DNA of 64,000 nucleotides from Pavona decussata (GCA_977016875.1 CDRNST010000007.1:2108001-2172000), one strand, 5' to 3'; positions 49,780 to 62,606 are shown, counted from the stretch's first letter. Notes: generated by a model from the sequence alone, not told the origin. Numbers and translations: made by a program.

Positions 49780-50837
49780 ATGGCTTCAAGACTTCTTATC
49801 GTGTTCGTGGTGTTGGCGGCGATGATTGAATTCTCTGGTCGTTGTAAGGGTCAGAATATGCGCTGCGTAATGCATCCATGTGAACGTCAGGTTGGAGAAG
49901 TTAAAATTTTATTCTCTTTCCTGATTTTGTTTTTCAATTCATGTTGCATGCTTGAGCTGAGGGTTTCATGTTTCAAACTTTTGTGCCAAAGCGCAAGCTA
50001 CAGCTGATGAATCATCAGAGAATTAACTCTGCAATGTATGTTAAAGTGCTAAAGTGAACCGATGAATTTCCCACTGAGTGTTAGCCCTAGTAAGGAAATG
50101 GGAGATTGCACGAGGCAAAGGAAAAATATCGAACCTCGGCGGACCGTTGCTCTACCGACTGTGCTACGAGCTACGAGGCCAGACAGGACGCAGACTGGGT
50201 TAATTCTCTGCTCCATCGTTTGTATCCTTGGTGCTAGCGGCACAAGATTTGTTTGTACCCTTCGTAAGCTACAACTGGTTTGTAGTCTAATGTAAACCTT
50301 GATTTAACTAAAAAAATATAGAACAGAACCAAATCAAAGAAACTAACATAGTATGAAATAAAATAAATATAAAAGATTATAAAAAGCAATATGATCAGAT
50401 GTAAAGCAAAATAGGTCCAAATAACGACATTTAATATAAAACAAATTTAAACTTTAGTTCTTAAATGATGCTTATTCAAGTCTGGTCATTTTTCACTGAA
50501 GTGAATTTGGTTAATGTAATTTCTACCGCCACGAAAGTTCTTGAAAAATGCTGAAATATTCGGAGTTACCTGTAGATATCGGTTATTCACATTTTCAAAC
50601 CTTTTCAAACAGCCGTTTTGTCACAAGCTTTTATTTTTGTCATATTTGAAAGTGAACAAATTAAAAGAAGTTTATGTCACTCAACGTTCTTCTTACCAGG
50701 ATCAAGGGGATGACGCGGATTCTTTTGATCGCGGAGCCCTGGTACGGAGCGAATTCAGACGCAATATGAATATGAAGTTGGGAGATTTTCTGCAGAGTTA
50801 CAAACAACTGGAAAAAGATGTCCCGGATGAAGAATAA
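49780..50837 (+). CDS. Prepropeptide P14, join(49780..49890,50700..50837), 82 aa; ring peptide QNMRCVMHPC
   Basis: MASRLLIVFVVLAAMIEFSGRCKG|QNMRCVMHPCERQ, GTTGGA donor, TTCTTCTTACCAG acceptor, exon 2 DQGDDADSFDRGALVRSEFRRNMNMKLGDFLQSYKQLEKDVPDEE*. Divergent paralogue of P8/P9/P13. Confidence 0.9.
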
Positions 50838-51711
50838 AGAACACAGTGGACACAAGTTTAAAAATGACATGAAAATTAAACGTTCACATTTCAGTGAGAT
50901 CAATGTGTAGTAACAAGAGAGGATGTCCTCTCTTGGTAGTAATCATTGTAATCACAGTTTTAATATCACTTGAAATGCAAGGAAACTATGTAAAAATAAA
51001 AATAAAATAATGTCACATTATACCAGAAATAAAGAGGACGTCTAACTATGCTAAACATTGTCTGCTGATTCTAAGTAATATTTGGAAAATTTGTTTTTAT
51101 AGCCGAGACGAAGTTTCGACCTTACCGTGATTTCTCGCTTTTAAGCACGTAGCATATAGTTGTGCAAAATCGTTTGAACCTTGCTAACACGACTTCAATG
51201 TTTCACCTATGATTTGCCGAATTTATTTGCGTTCGACGTAGAAAGAACAAGAACGCACTTCTGATACAGATTGGAGTCCAGATTGTATGGGACAACAGTG
51301 ATTGAATGAATGGATCTTAGTACGCGTATCTGGCATCCCCCGCAGATTTTGAAGGGGTGAATGACATCGTCACCAAGTTGCCAAAGTAGAGGGAGCCTGG
51401 TGACATTGGAGCTAAATCGCGATTTCATTCTCCTTGGCGATCACAGCTATTCTCCTGGGCCCAATCATTAAAGGTTCTTTCAAAAATTTTGTCCCTCAGA
51501 TTTGAATTTAGACTTGTCTTTAACATAAGCTTAAAATTAGTTTTCAAAAACCTTGGTTAACTTTTAATCGTGGGTTTGCGCTAATCGGCTTTCAAATAAC
51601 CGGGCCCAGTTCACGCCATCGATCTCTTGGTTCACGCATGCGCACTAAGAAAATCGAATATTGCGGACGGGATGAGGGGGCGGATTTGTTTTGTTCCTTC
51701 ACTCTCTGGAG

Positions 51712-52071
51712 CACAGGCAGCCCAAGCTCAATATCAGAGAACCATTGAATTATAAGGATTTGTATGGGAATACACGGATTTGTGTAAAATGGTAGAAACT
51801 AACATTGTTTTGTCAATAAAGTCAACTTACCCTGTTTCTTCTTGTATTCTTTGTCATTTACCAGCTTTTCAAGCCGATTCGAAACTCGCCGAAATTGCTT
51901 CGAATCGGCTTGAAAAGCTGGTAAATGACAAAGAATACAAGAAGAAACAGGGTAAGTTGACTTTATTGACAAAACAATGTTAGTTTCTACCACTTTACAC
52001 AAATCCGTTGTATTCCCATACAAATCCTTATAATTCAACGGTTCTCTAATATTGAGCTTGGGCTGCCTGTG
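51712..52071. mobile_element. 360-bp near-perfect foldback MITE with 7-bp TSD (P-element-like)
   Basis: CACAGGCAGCCCAAGCTC...GAGCTTGGGCTGCCTGTG with ~170 bp arms; TCTGGAG at 51705-51711 and 52072-52078. Explains mirror ORFs 51780 and 51799. Confidence 0.85.
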
Positions 52072-52330
52072 TCTGGAGTATTTGAAAATCGCACGAAATC
52101 AGTTAATACAGGTAATGCTGGTAACGAAAACAACAATTACGGACACGCATAAATTATTTGTGTTTATTGCTGCTCACGTAGCTTCACATAAATGTTACAG
52201 CATGCGGATTACCCAATATACGTTGGGTTCAAGTGTTAATAACTAAGTCTTGTTTGTTGCTTGATCGTTTGCGTTTGGTTATAATATACGAAGATCCAGC
52301 CATATTCAATCTCAATTCCATGTGTCCAAC

Positions 52331-55300
52331 TCACGGATTTGGCAGGCTGTTACGAGTTTCTTGAACTCTGCTGTGAGAATGATAATGAGAAATTTTAGAG
52401 CTATGTAGCTACATAGTACGTAGAATTACTGAAACAGTAATTCTTGTCTAAAACAGGTAATATAGCCATAGCTTTAAGAGAAACCTCGGCTTAGCCAGGG
52501 GCGAATGTTATGCAAAGTACACAAAATGAGAAGTGAAGTTTTGTCCCTATCAATTACAAGTGCGATAAAAGTATTTTGTAGTAACCTCAATATGATCGTT
52601 AAGAAAATTCATGGCCAAATGTCACTACAAACCGTGTTAGAAAAAACAAACAAACAATAAATCGAGAAATTAGCGCCTGCCATGTTAGCCCTAGACTGTT
52701 CACAGTCCCCTATTTTTCCGTGTGATCGTCGTGATTGAGTGCGTCTCACCGTTAATGGCGGCCATCTTGACTTTCAGTCGTACCGAGTCTAACCTGGGGA
52801 AGAGTATCAAGTCTACTTAGGGGGCGGGGGACGGCCACCCCCTAGAGCTATAATCCCCGATGCCTGCCCCCCCCCGGTACATCTAAAAATCAAGATGGCC
52901 GCCATTAACGGTAAGACGCGCTTGATCTAGACGATCACACGGAAAAATAGGGGACTGTGAACAGTCTATGTTAGCCCGGGCTGAAACTCACATCTGGAGC
53001 ATGTGCAGTAAAAAACATACAGACAGCCTCAAGACATAGCTGGTTTAACCTGTATCGCCCGTCAGGTTAAACGCATTCACTAAACAGAAATAATGCATAA
53101 CATCTAGACGACCATAATGACGAAATCTCGTTCATTGCTAATGGCGCTGTGTTCCTTTAAGCAGCTGCAGTTAGCTGCAGTTCACGACTGCACCCGCTGC
53201 ATGAACAAGAAGAATGTAGTCCCTAGCAACTTAATTTCCATTATACACTGCACGGCTCATGAACTTCCTCATTTGTGTTCCGTCATCACAAATTGAATGA
53301 CTTGCGCTACATACCCCGACTAATTACCTGTCAGAAGAAATGACTTCTCTTATCTTCTCAGTCTTGCCGCAAACGATCCATACGTTGGTTTCCAGTAAAC
53401 CCATTTTTGATCCGAAAATAGTCTGAATAGTCTGAATGCCTTGTAAGAGATTTCCTTTGGCCTGCCGCTGGACAGAAGGATCGGTGCAGTTTCCGGCAAA
53501 GATTTGCCAGATCTCACCCTTTTGCTGAGAACCAGGCTTAAACTCATCTTTAAAAAAAAAAAAAAAAAAAAAAAGGAGTAGCCAATTGCCCGTTCCGGAG
53601 TTCAATGGAAACCGGAACGAGTTTTTAAATTTTCATTTAATCAGAAATTGGAGTCCATCACTAAAGAGATCGCATTAAAATTAGCCAGTTTACCAAGTTT
53701 TAGTTTGCGGTTATGTCATTAGATTGCAACCATGTAGAAAGCTTTCAAAACTCGGAAAAATTAGAGACTTTGTATGGATTTGGGGGACGCCATCTTTGAC
53801 TAGAGACATTGATTTGTATGGAATTTTGACGTCGTTTAACAGGTCACAGCCTGGTTACTACGCAATGAAACATAACAAAACTTGGTAAACGTACTAATTA
53901 TAATGCGATCTTTCTGTCGATGGGGTTCATATGGCGCAATTTGAACAATGTGTAAACTAGGGCCCATGCCAATCCCTTCATGAACTTTGGAACGGGCAAT
54001 AGTTAATACTCCATACACCCTAATTTTACTTGAAGTAATGCTAACTTAAAAAATAATTTATAACCAACGCCTTGGTAGATAAACAGGTTAGTTAGTGTAA
54101 TATAAAGGGGAAGTATCATGAGGTTTTTGATATCTTTTGTTAAAAATGGCGAAATAAGACCTTCAATCACCTGCCAAATAATTCTAGAATGACGAGAGGA
54201 ACGAAATGAACTCAATTCTTGAAAGAAACAACTTGTGATCTGTTCTAGCGCATTTTGGAAACAAAAATGCGAGAACTTGAAAAACATTAGCCTAATATTT
54301 CTCAAGTTTCAATTCAAACCGGCCTACTCTGTCTCTGGCCAGAGGCACTAATCGACAGTTTTATTGCACTGGGGTGATAATTTTTTACAAACTTGACAAT
54401 CATTTCGTTGTTTCTGCTGACATTCAAACATTTTTGGGTTTTGAAGTGACAGCAAATTTTCGTGATACTTCCCCTTTAAGCGCCACTCTCGATAAACAAT
54501 GCATTAAGTATTTCTAGTACACGTTAGATGTTTGCTGCTGCTGCCAATTTGTAAACACCAAATTTATTTGCATTTAGTTTAGCATAGTCATACCTACCCG
54601 CCTCGACTAGCTTTAGCTATTTGCGGGTAGGTATATAACTAACTTGTAACTCTCTGTTCTAATAAAGTGTTGTTGTTGTTGTTTGCAGTTGATGTTTGAC
54701 TGAGGCGATGGAGTCCACGTACGGGAACAAAGGTGCACTGTTCAAGTTGTCGTCCGCTTTAATAGGACAGAATGAATGTCAGTCCACTGGTCGTGGGTGA
54801 AGAGGTTCGACTAACTGATGGACGTACGATGAACTAACAAAAACCATAACCAGAAATCCTAGATGGCAAGCGTTTTGAAACGCAGGCGCGAATTTAAAAT
54901 GGCGGCCAGATCGAATAAAAGAGTTACAAGTGGGGCATTTTACAAGGCTCTAAACGATGTGAGCGCTGCAGATTTTTAAATAATCGGCCAACAATAAAGA
55001 AAGGTCCTTTTTTATGAAGTAGAAAGGGTACTGAGCGCTGGGTAAAAAGAAATTTGAATATTCTGATTAAAGCCTTTTTATAGGCTTGTTGATGCATGCA
55101 ACCTTTCCGTTTCTTCCCGCTGTTTTTTCGAACTTCGGCCAGTTCTTACGTTCAGCGGCTTCACTATTTTAACAGGGAATACAACTGAACAAGAAAACGA
55201 GAAAAACCAAAATGGCTACCAAAGCTGAACAAAAACAAACCCCTTTTAGGAGCATTTTTGCCCCACTAATAACGGCTCCAATCTGCCGTATGTCTCATCA

Positions 55301-58300
55301 ATCTCTCAATGCCAGTTATAGCCATTTCAAGTATAGAACAAATCGTTTCGGAATGAGTTTTTTTCCTGTAATGGCGAAAACATCGTAGAATCACATGTGA
55401 TTATTAATTCATTATTTCCTTAGCATCTTATAGTAAATGGAATTGTAAATAGCTTTTTATATTGACTTCTTGTAATCCCAGTCCCTACGAACAATTGTAA
55501 TATATTATCTTATTAATTGTAAACACATTGTATTTCATTTTATATGCTATTATGTGTAATTTAAATAAACCATATATTTATTTATTTTTATTTATTTACA
55601 AAACATCCTGCTTTTTGGATTAAAAAGGCACTGCCTTAGTGAATGCTTTTTTGGAGAAAAACATTTGTTTTGCTAGCTTAACATCTCATCTCTTGAATGG
55701 GATTACAAGCTGGCCGAGGAAACGTATATGGGAGAAACGATTTTCTCTCTGCCGACGGAGGAAGGCATGAAGGTAAACACTACTTTAAGAGGTTAGGGAG
55801 AGGATATTGTTTTCATTCACTTCTGAGTTTATTTCGATCAAAAAAAGCACTGGCTAGAATGATTTTATCCTGACGTTTTCTTCGATTGAAGCGCTGTTCG
55901 GTCGTTGCTTTATCAATTTTTGAGCTGAGGAAAGTTGCATTTTCGGCGATAAGGACAAAAATACAATCATTTATAATTTCCCTCTCCTCTTTATGATCTG
56001 CCGCAATATTAAATCCTTATGTGTGTCCTTTGCGCATGCTTGTAGCATAGTTGTGTTGGAAACCATGTTGCATAGCATTTGTGGCTATGCGGAAATGAAA
56101 TCGTGAAGAATCATGAAGATCACGTGCTTACTCACCTGTGCAGTCAGGCCATGGTAATGTTGGTGATACAGTTGGACGGGAATCCCAAGCATACCAATTC
56201 CCTGATGACCGGCAGATGTACAAATTGGCAGGAATTCTGCTGAAATCATTTTTCACATAACACTGAGGTGTGCATGCGCAGACAGCACCGCCTAAAGACG
56301 CAGACTGTATGCAGGCGAGGAGGCCATTCTGTGGGGGATCATAAGGTGTGCAGCGTGCGCCTGTAATTTAAGAGGCATATTGACATTGAAATTTGACTGC
56401 ATTGAATAATCTACTGTTTCGTTCTCTGAATTCTTCTTTACAGTGCGACTACTGTTACCGGGGTCAAACAAAACTGGCCAATCAGATTGCAGGATAAGAT
56501 CAATGAATTTCAACCAAAGCCGATTGAACCAATCACGAGTAGACGGAAAACAACAGTTAAAACCCCAAATTATGGAATTATTCACTGTTCGTATTCTACT
56601 GTGATCTGATTGGCCAGTGAGCTTGGTAATAGTAGTCGCACTGTAACAGTTTATACACTATCCAAAACAGTGTCAAATTGGCTAGTATAGACTGGGGGAG
56701 AGTGCCGAACCAACTAGGGTGCCAGAAATGAGAGAGACGGTTAAGAAAAATAGCTCTTCAACCTGACAATCGTCCCCTCGGTAGTTTTTGCACTCTTCTC
56801 AGGTTGCTCTCGCAATTTCAAACCAAGATGGCGGCAGTTTGATTGAAGCATACGATCACACGCAAAAATAGGGGACTGTGAACAGTCTATAACTGGTAGA
56901 GCGGCATCCGGGGAAACTTCATGAGCTCACTTATAAAACATAATTCGGAAAGCTATTCTGCTCCGCGAAGCATCAGTCATGATAAATAGCTAGCAAAGTT
57001 AAATTTGTTCATATATGGTGTTACAGCTCTGAGCTAACTCAAAATCTCTTGGGAGTGAAAAAGGTGAAGAAAAGATGTGGGTGATTTGTCATTCAACGTT
57101 TCAGGAACATTTATATGTCATGAAAACGAAATAGCAGTTGACAAGAAAGGTATAATTCGTTGTAACTGACCTGACACGACAATGGTAAATGTACACGACG
57201 CCTTATTTCCAGATCGGTCCGTCGCCTCGTATTTGATCTGATGTCGGCCCAGTCTGAAGCCTGAGCCTTGCACTGACTCGGTAAATAGAGTCACAGGCTG
57301 CCCAGAGTTATCCTCATATCTTGGCTTGGGCCAGTAAACAGGTGTCGCAGGGCCAGCGGTCTGCATTACGACTTTAATGTTCCTGGGGCAAGTGATACTG
57401 GGAGCCTCTTCATCTACGAAACAAAAAATAATAAATAACTAAATTAAATATATTAAATAAATCAATCTAGTACAATGTCTGGGGGTAAATTATTGTGCTA
57501 AACTTCACCTGATAAATGAAGAAACGCGAGACTCGTTCCTCAGAAACAGAAAAGTTTATATTTAGAAGGGAAATAACTCTCGATGAAGATCCGAGATAAA
57601 AGTGAGTTTTGGGGCCACGTTTTAATTGACGAAAACAATTACCTCTAGTCTGTATGGGGACTAAATCTGATTGTAAAACTCTGTTAAATTTCTATGATGC
57701 ACACCTTCAAATCTTCCACACTTCACTAGGCTGTCATTAATAATTTATTTGAGTTTTCAATCTATTTATATGTTTAATTTTTGTGTTCCAGTGTAAGAAT
57801 AACATTCATGCACCCCAAATGTAACTCTCACCTTTGATTGTAACCGTAAACACACATGACTGGGAATTTCCATGGTTATCAGTGGCAGTATAGATTATAC
57901 GAGTGGAACCAATGGGAAAGTCATATGGTGACACGGTATTCTCCGGGAAACTGACAACCGTGGGAAGCCGATCAACGTTGTCTGTGGCCAGCGGCTGTCT
58001 CCACTCCACTCTCTTTGTAGCCATCCCGTGATCCGTGCTGCCAGTGACATCATGAGGACACCTTATTCGGGGAGGTTGAGTGTCTTGAAAATTAAAGGAA
58101 GGAAAGTAGATCAGTGCACAAATTCAGAACGTATAACAGAAATGCAGAAACTATAATGGGCTGTGGACCTTAATGTAAAGAGAAAATTCAATGCAACAAC
58201 AACAACAACAACAATACTATAAGTTCATGCGGAATGCTATGCTCAATACATTATTTCGCGGAAATTTATTGTCACGTTAGGGACCGTTCATTTTTTATGA

Positions 58301-60962
58301 GCATGGGGGGGCTGGTGGGATTTGCTTAATTGTCACTACGAAAGTGTATGACCCCCCCTAGCATGCAATTTTTTTCCACATGCCCCCCCCCCAAGCAGTA
58401 ACTATTTTTTTCTGATGACCCCCCCCCCCTCCCGCCCAACCAGAAACAAATCATACTCCTAACTTTAACAAAACGCTTATGTACTGTTTATATCAATGAT
58501 AAACGTAATTGTTACTGTGATTTCTTTACAGTACTATTAAAAAGTTACCGTTCTCTGCTTAGGTAAAGATTTCTCTTGTTTAAAAAAAACGTTTTATAGA
58601 TAGCAACACGTTTACGGCAACGGCAAACCCTAAATTTCCATTTAGATTCTCAAAGGAACTATAAAAATTAATCAAGCAAATGGTTAACGTGAAATTACTC
58701 CCCTTCGAGTAGAAACAATTAATACACGTACGGACACACAGATATCAGGCGCGTAGGTAAGGGTTATATAGGGGTGTTCGTTGAGCCCCAAATGTTTCTG
58801 AGCGCCGGAGGTGCTCTTACTAAGGGGGTCCGGGGGCATGCTCCCCCGGAAATTTTTGAAAATCTAGGTTCCCAGGAACCTCATTTCCTGCATTTTGAGA
58901 CCCATTTTAGGCAAATCACAAATTTGTTTTACAGCAACTTTTTGAGCTATATACATCATTTCTACGGCACAATTGTTTCAACTTAAACAAGAAAGTTCAA
59001 TGTACATTCCGCGCCCTGTCGAGTTCTGATAGCTATTCGATCTGCTGATAGTCATACACCAAGCTGGTAAACTGCATCATTCTCGGGTGTAGGCCTTCGA
59101 ACAAATTGACTATCTCATCAAGATTGACAGTCATATCATATTTGATATGCATTAGAACCAGGGCGCATATTTTAGTCTCTCCCATGGTACACCTCATGTA
59201 GTTGTTCAACCTCCTCATTGATCTTTTTCTTCCGCCATTACTGATCTGTAAAGGGGGTTCGTTCGAACCCCTCAACCCCCCCCCCCCCCCCCCTCCTACG
59301 CGCCTGGGAATTAAAGTACTGCTATTAAAAATGACAGTTACAAGCTTTTCTGAAGATGGCCTACGGCTCAGATTTACCGTCAACTGAAGTCACCAACAAC
59401 AGTTCTATTATTAAAACATGTTCACACTAGGCATACTACTGAGTCTACTGATACTCCTGGGTTCAAATAATTTACTAATCAACAGTCTTTATAAAAGTGA
59501 GTACTATTAAACAGAACATTAAACAATCTATTGATATAGTTCTGAGTACAACCACTTTGTAGAAAACTACTCCCCCACGGATGATTCAATAGTGAGACTG
59601 TTACGTTTTTATATTAATTTGAACTGGTACAAACATAGGTGTCTACTTCAGTTTATATTCATTATTGCTTTTCCAACAGATATGCTTCATTTCCTCAGTT
59701 GTTGTTAATATAAAATGCAGATTTCGACCTCAGTAACTCGCATTAAATAAAATTGAAATAATATTCAATTTCTTCATCTGTTTCTGTGTTGAGCCACTTT
59801 CAATTTCCCCTACTAGCCAATTATTGCTGGTGACCTCCCCTCTTTCACTTAATTTTTTTTGGTAGCCCCCCCCCCTTTAGTGCCATTTTTTTTCTCGTGC
59901 CCCCCCCCCCTAAATCCCACCAGCCCCCCCATGCTCATAAAAAATGAACGGTCCCTTATGGATGCTTATCTAACGCACTTTTAAGAATATTTATCTTATA
60001 AGAAAAGACCTCGCGTCAGAGTAGAATCTGAGTTGTTTATCTACAGATATAGTTAAAAAAAAGGGAGCTACAAACTCATTTTTGCTACCTTAAATTTGAA
60101 ATCTCGACAAACTTTGACCATTTTTACAGCTCATATGAGTGCGGTGGGGATCTATGCTACATCTTAAACTGAACTCGCCGTGACAAATTTTAAAAATGCA
60201 TATTTCTCTCAGAAAGGCTATCTTTAAATGACTCAAAACAATGCCTTATCCCTGAGCACTGCTTTCCTCTCTCCCGCCAAAATACCCCAACTGGCACACA
60301 ATACTTTCCCAGTGCACATACGCGAAAGTGTTTTAGTAAGGTGTGGGGATAAGTCCAAATGAAATTGATTGTGATATCAGTTCATGTAAGTTTTTTTCCC
60401 GCTGTACGTACACTTTGTACGAATCATGTCAGCAACTTTTGCAACAGGCCGGGTCCGGCAGTGAAAAAAATCTAGAATTGCTTTAAGACTTCAGAATTCA
60501 GTTGTTACAGGCTGTGGTTTCGTTGGATCGTTTATCTATAAAACCTTTCAAATTTACAGTAATCTGCTCTCACCCTCGTCGGCCAGTTGGTTGACACCGT
60601 CCGATTCTTGTTTAGTGGTCAATGCTAAAAATGGAAAAGAAATTAATGACAAGAGATTAGTTAACGTTCATTTAACAAATTTCAGTAAGAATGATTAGTT
60701 CTAGATAAAGCAAACTTCTTTTTCTTTTATTTGCCATAGAACACATTAATGTTAGACAAAAGTAGAAATAAAGATATGGCGAGGAGACTTCTGGAAACCA
60801 TCGGGCTTTTATAAAGGGGTCACCTAGAAACCGCAACGAAGGTCTGAGAAAAATTGTTTTTGAAATAAATGTTTTCTACGTGGAAGTATTTCAGCTGTAC
60901 TGACCTTCATCCATCAAACAAATAACAGCCATTAGGACGCCAATGCGTGAAAGGAGACCCAT
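52331..60962 (-). CDS. Secreted HYR-HYR-Sushi protein (SVEP1/hyalin-module-like), ~362 aa; exons 60905..60962, 60574..60624, 57832..58083, 57171..57413, 56136..56360, 53328..53547, 52331..52370
   Basis: Signal peptide MGLLSRIGVLMAVICLMDEA; two HYR exons (DTQPPRIRCPHD...YTATDNHGNSQSCVFTVTIK; DEEAPSITCPRN...YEATDRSGNKASCTFTIVVS); CCP-like exon (CTPYDPPQNGLLAC...YIC..SGNW...PWPDC). All introns are GT-AG with consistent phases and the total of 1089 nt stays in frame. The last exon is least certain; AATAAA on minus at ~52163-52168. Confidence 0.85.
52692..52968. mobile_element. Mutator-type MITE (same family as 16150)
   Basis: TIRs TAGACTGTTCACAGTCCCCTATTTTTCCGTG; 9-bp TSD TGTTAGCCC. A degenerate third copy lies at ~56688-56889. 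Confidence 0.85.
58280..59955. mobile_element. PIF/Harbinger-type non-autonomous element in an intron
   Basis: TIRs GGGACCGTTCATTTTTTATGAGCATGGGGGGGCTGGTGGGATTT and reverse complement; TTA on both sides. Confidence 0.85.
58746..59306 (-). mobile_element. Nested internally deleted hAT element with a transposase C-terminal remnant
   Basis: TIRs CAGGCGCGTAGG...CCTACGCGCCTG. The minus-strand translation RRLNNYMRCTMGETKICALVLMHIKYDMTVNLDEIVNLFEGLHPRMMQF resembles the hAT C-terminal dimerisation region. Confidence 0.75.
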
Positions 60963-62281
60963 CACCTATGAACTCTGAGAGAGAAACGGAATTGAATCAA
61001 TAAAGTTGAAGCAGTTCTGGTCCTGGTTGTTGCAATCCTTCTTACGCGTAAAAAATATTTGTTTTTAAACACGAAAGCATTAATTTGCACGACATTTTTC
61101 TTTCTGATAGCTCAAAATGTTCCAAGACACGTTGTTTTGTTGAGTGTGTTGGTCTAGTTTACGAAAGATTTTCACTCCGCTCTCACATTTTGAATCACGC
61201 CCAAACGCGGGGAGTGAAAGAACCAATCGTACCGGCGTAAAAAGTACCAAAGCTTATCCAATAGCCAGTACAGCTGTAACCGTTTAGCGTCTTTTTATCG
61301 GCAGTAGTGACCGCATCATTTCAGTCGTGTAAAGAGCTTAGGCTGTTGTCTACACACGTTGAAATTCTTCGAGTCTATGCCGGCTGAAAATGTCAGTTTC
61401 ATAATACAGTGTCATCGTTAAAACAGCACAATCTGCCGGTTCCATTGGTCGATGATTTCTTGACTATTTTGCACTCTAGGTTAACCTTCTTTATATAATT
61501 TTCGGAAGCAAATGGCAGCACCCCAAAAGATTTTAGCTTTGAATTAGTAGTTCCATAAAGAGAGGTAATTGAAATGATCTCGTCCAGAATCCACCTTGTG
61601 GAAAAATGTGTTATAAACTTAAGTTAGCCTGCTATTTTAATCGACCTAATTAACTATTCTTTTTAGAGCCTTCGAGTGATTTTTTTGTTGCGATTGTAGA
61701 CACTGATATTGAACCGAGCTTTCGTGAGACAAAAGTCAACCCACTCGAAGGAAATCTGTCACCTCAAAAAGCCATATTTAATACTGTCAAATCAATTCAC
61801 TCACGACTGAATAAAAGCCGAGTTGACAATTCTAGTTATAACTACACCATCTTTTTGTTAACGTGTCTTTTTCTCAAGCCAAAGCCTTGTTCAATTTAAC
61901 CATACAAACTGAAGATTACTTTTTTTTTGTAACTGAAGATTCTTATGAGAATATGGGGGTGGTTGATTGCAGAGTTTTATACGATTAAATTAATTTTTTT
62001 CTCATGACATTCGATTATGTCAGGTATATGAATATTTGTGAGACAGCAGTGGAGAACGTAGTTATAAGCTGGTACTCACTGCTGAAGATGTTCCTGTGAA
62101 GTCCTTCTTCTAGGCGAGCCAAGGTGGGGAATAGAATATGATAATTGCTCTTTTTCTTTTAAGTAGCTTTTTAATTTATATAGAAATACGAAACTAGTAG
62201 GTGACAAGTTATCGAAAGCGAAGGATAGAATTGCACAGATTTCTCGGCACCAATGCAAGGAAAAACTTGTAAACACCTTAA

Positions 62282-62606
62282 GGCCCGTTTAAACGGTTTC
62301 AACATTTGGTTCAACATGCGTTCAACAATTTGTTGAACCAAATGTTGGGGGCGTTTAAACAGGTCGTTCAACATTGTTGAAAGCGTAAAAAATGTTGAAA
62401 GCTTGTTGAAAGCGTGTTGGATCAAATTTAAATCGGTTTAAACTTTCATTCAACATCCATACAACATTGCCTTTGTTCTCGACAATGTTGAATGGTGTTG
62501 AAGCCGCTTGAACACTCCGTTCAACATTTGTTCAACATTTGCCCAACAACCGTTCATCTTTTGTTGAACGAATGTTGGTCAAATGTTGAAAACGTTTATA
62601 CGGGCC
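62282..62606. mobile_element. Harbinger-type MITE rich in TTCAACA/TGTTGAA
   Basis: Termini GGCCCGTTTAAACG / CGTTTATACGGGCC. Confidence 0.75.

Noticed and set aside
1663-50837. Assignment to SCRiPs, ShK or defensin-like coral peptides
   Set aside because: Those have six or more Cys in the mature region; these peptides have two.
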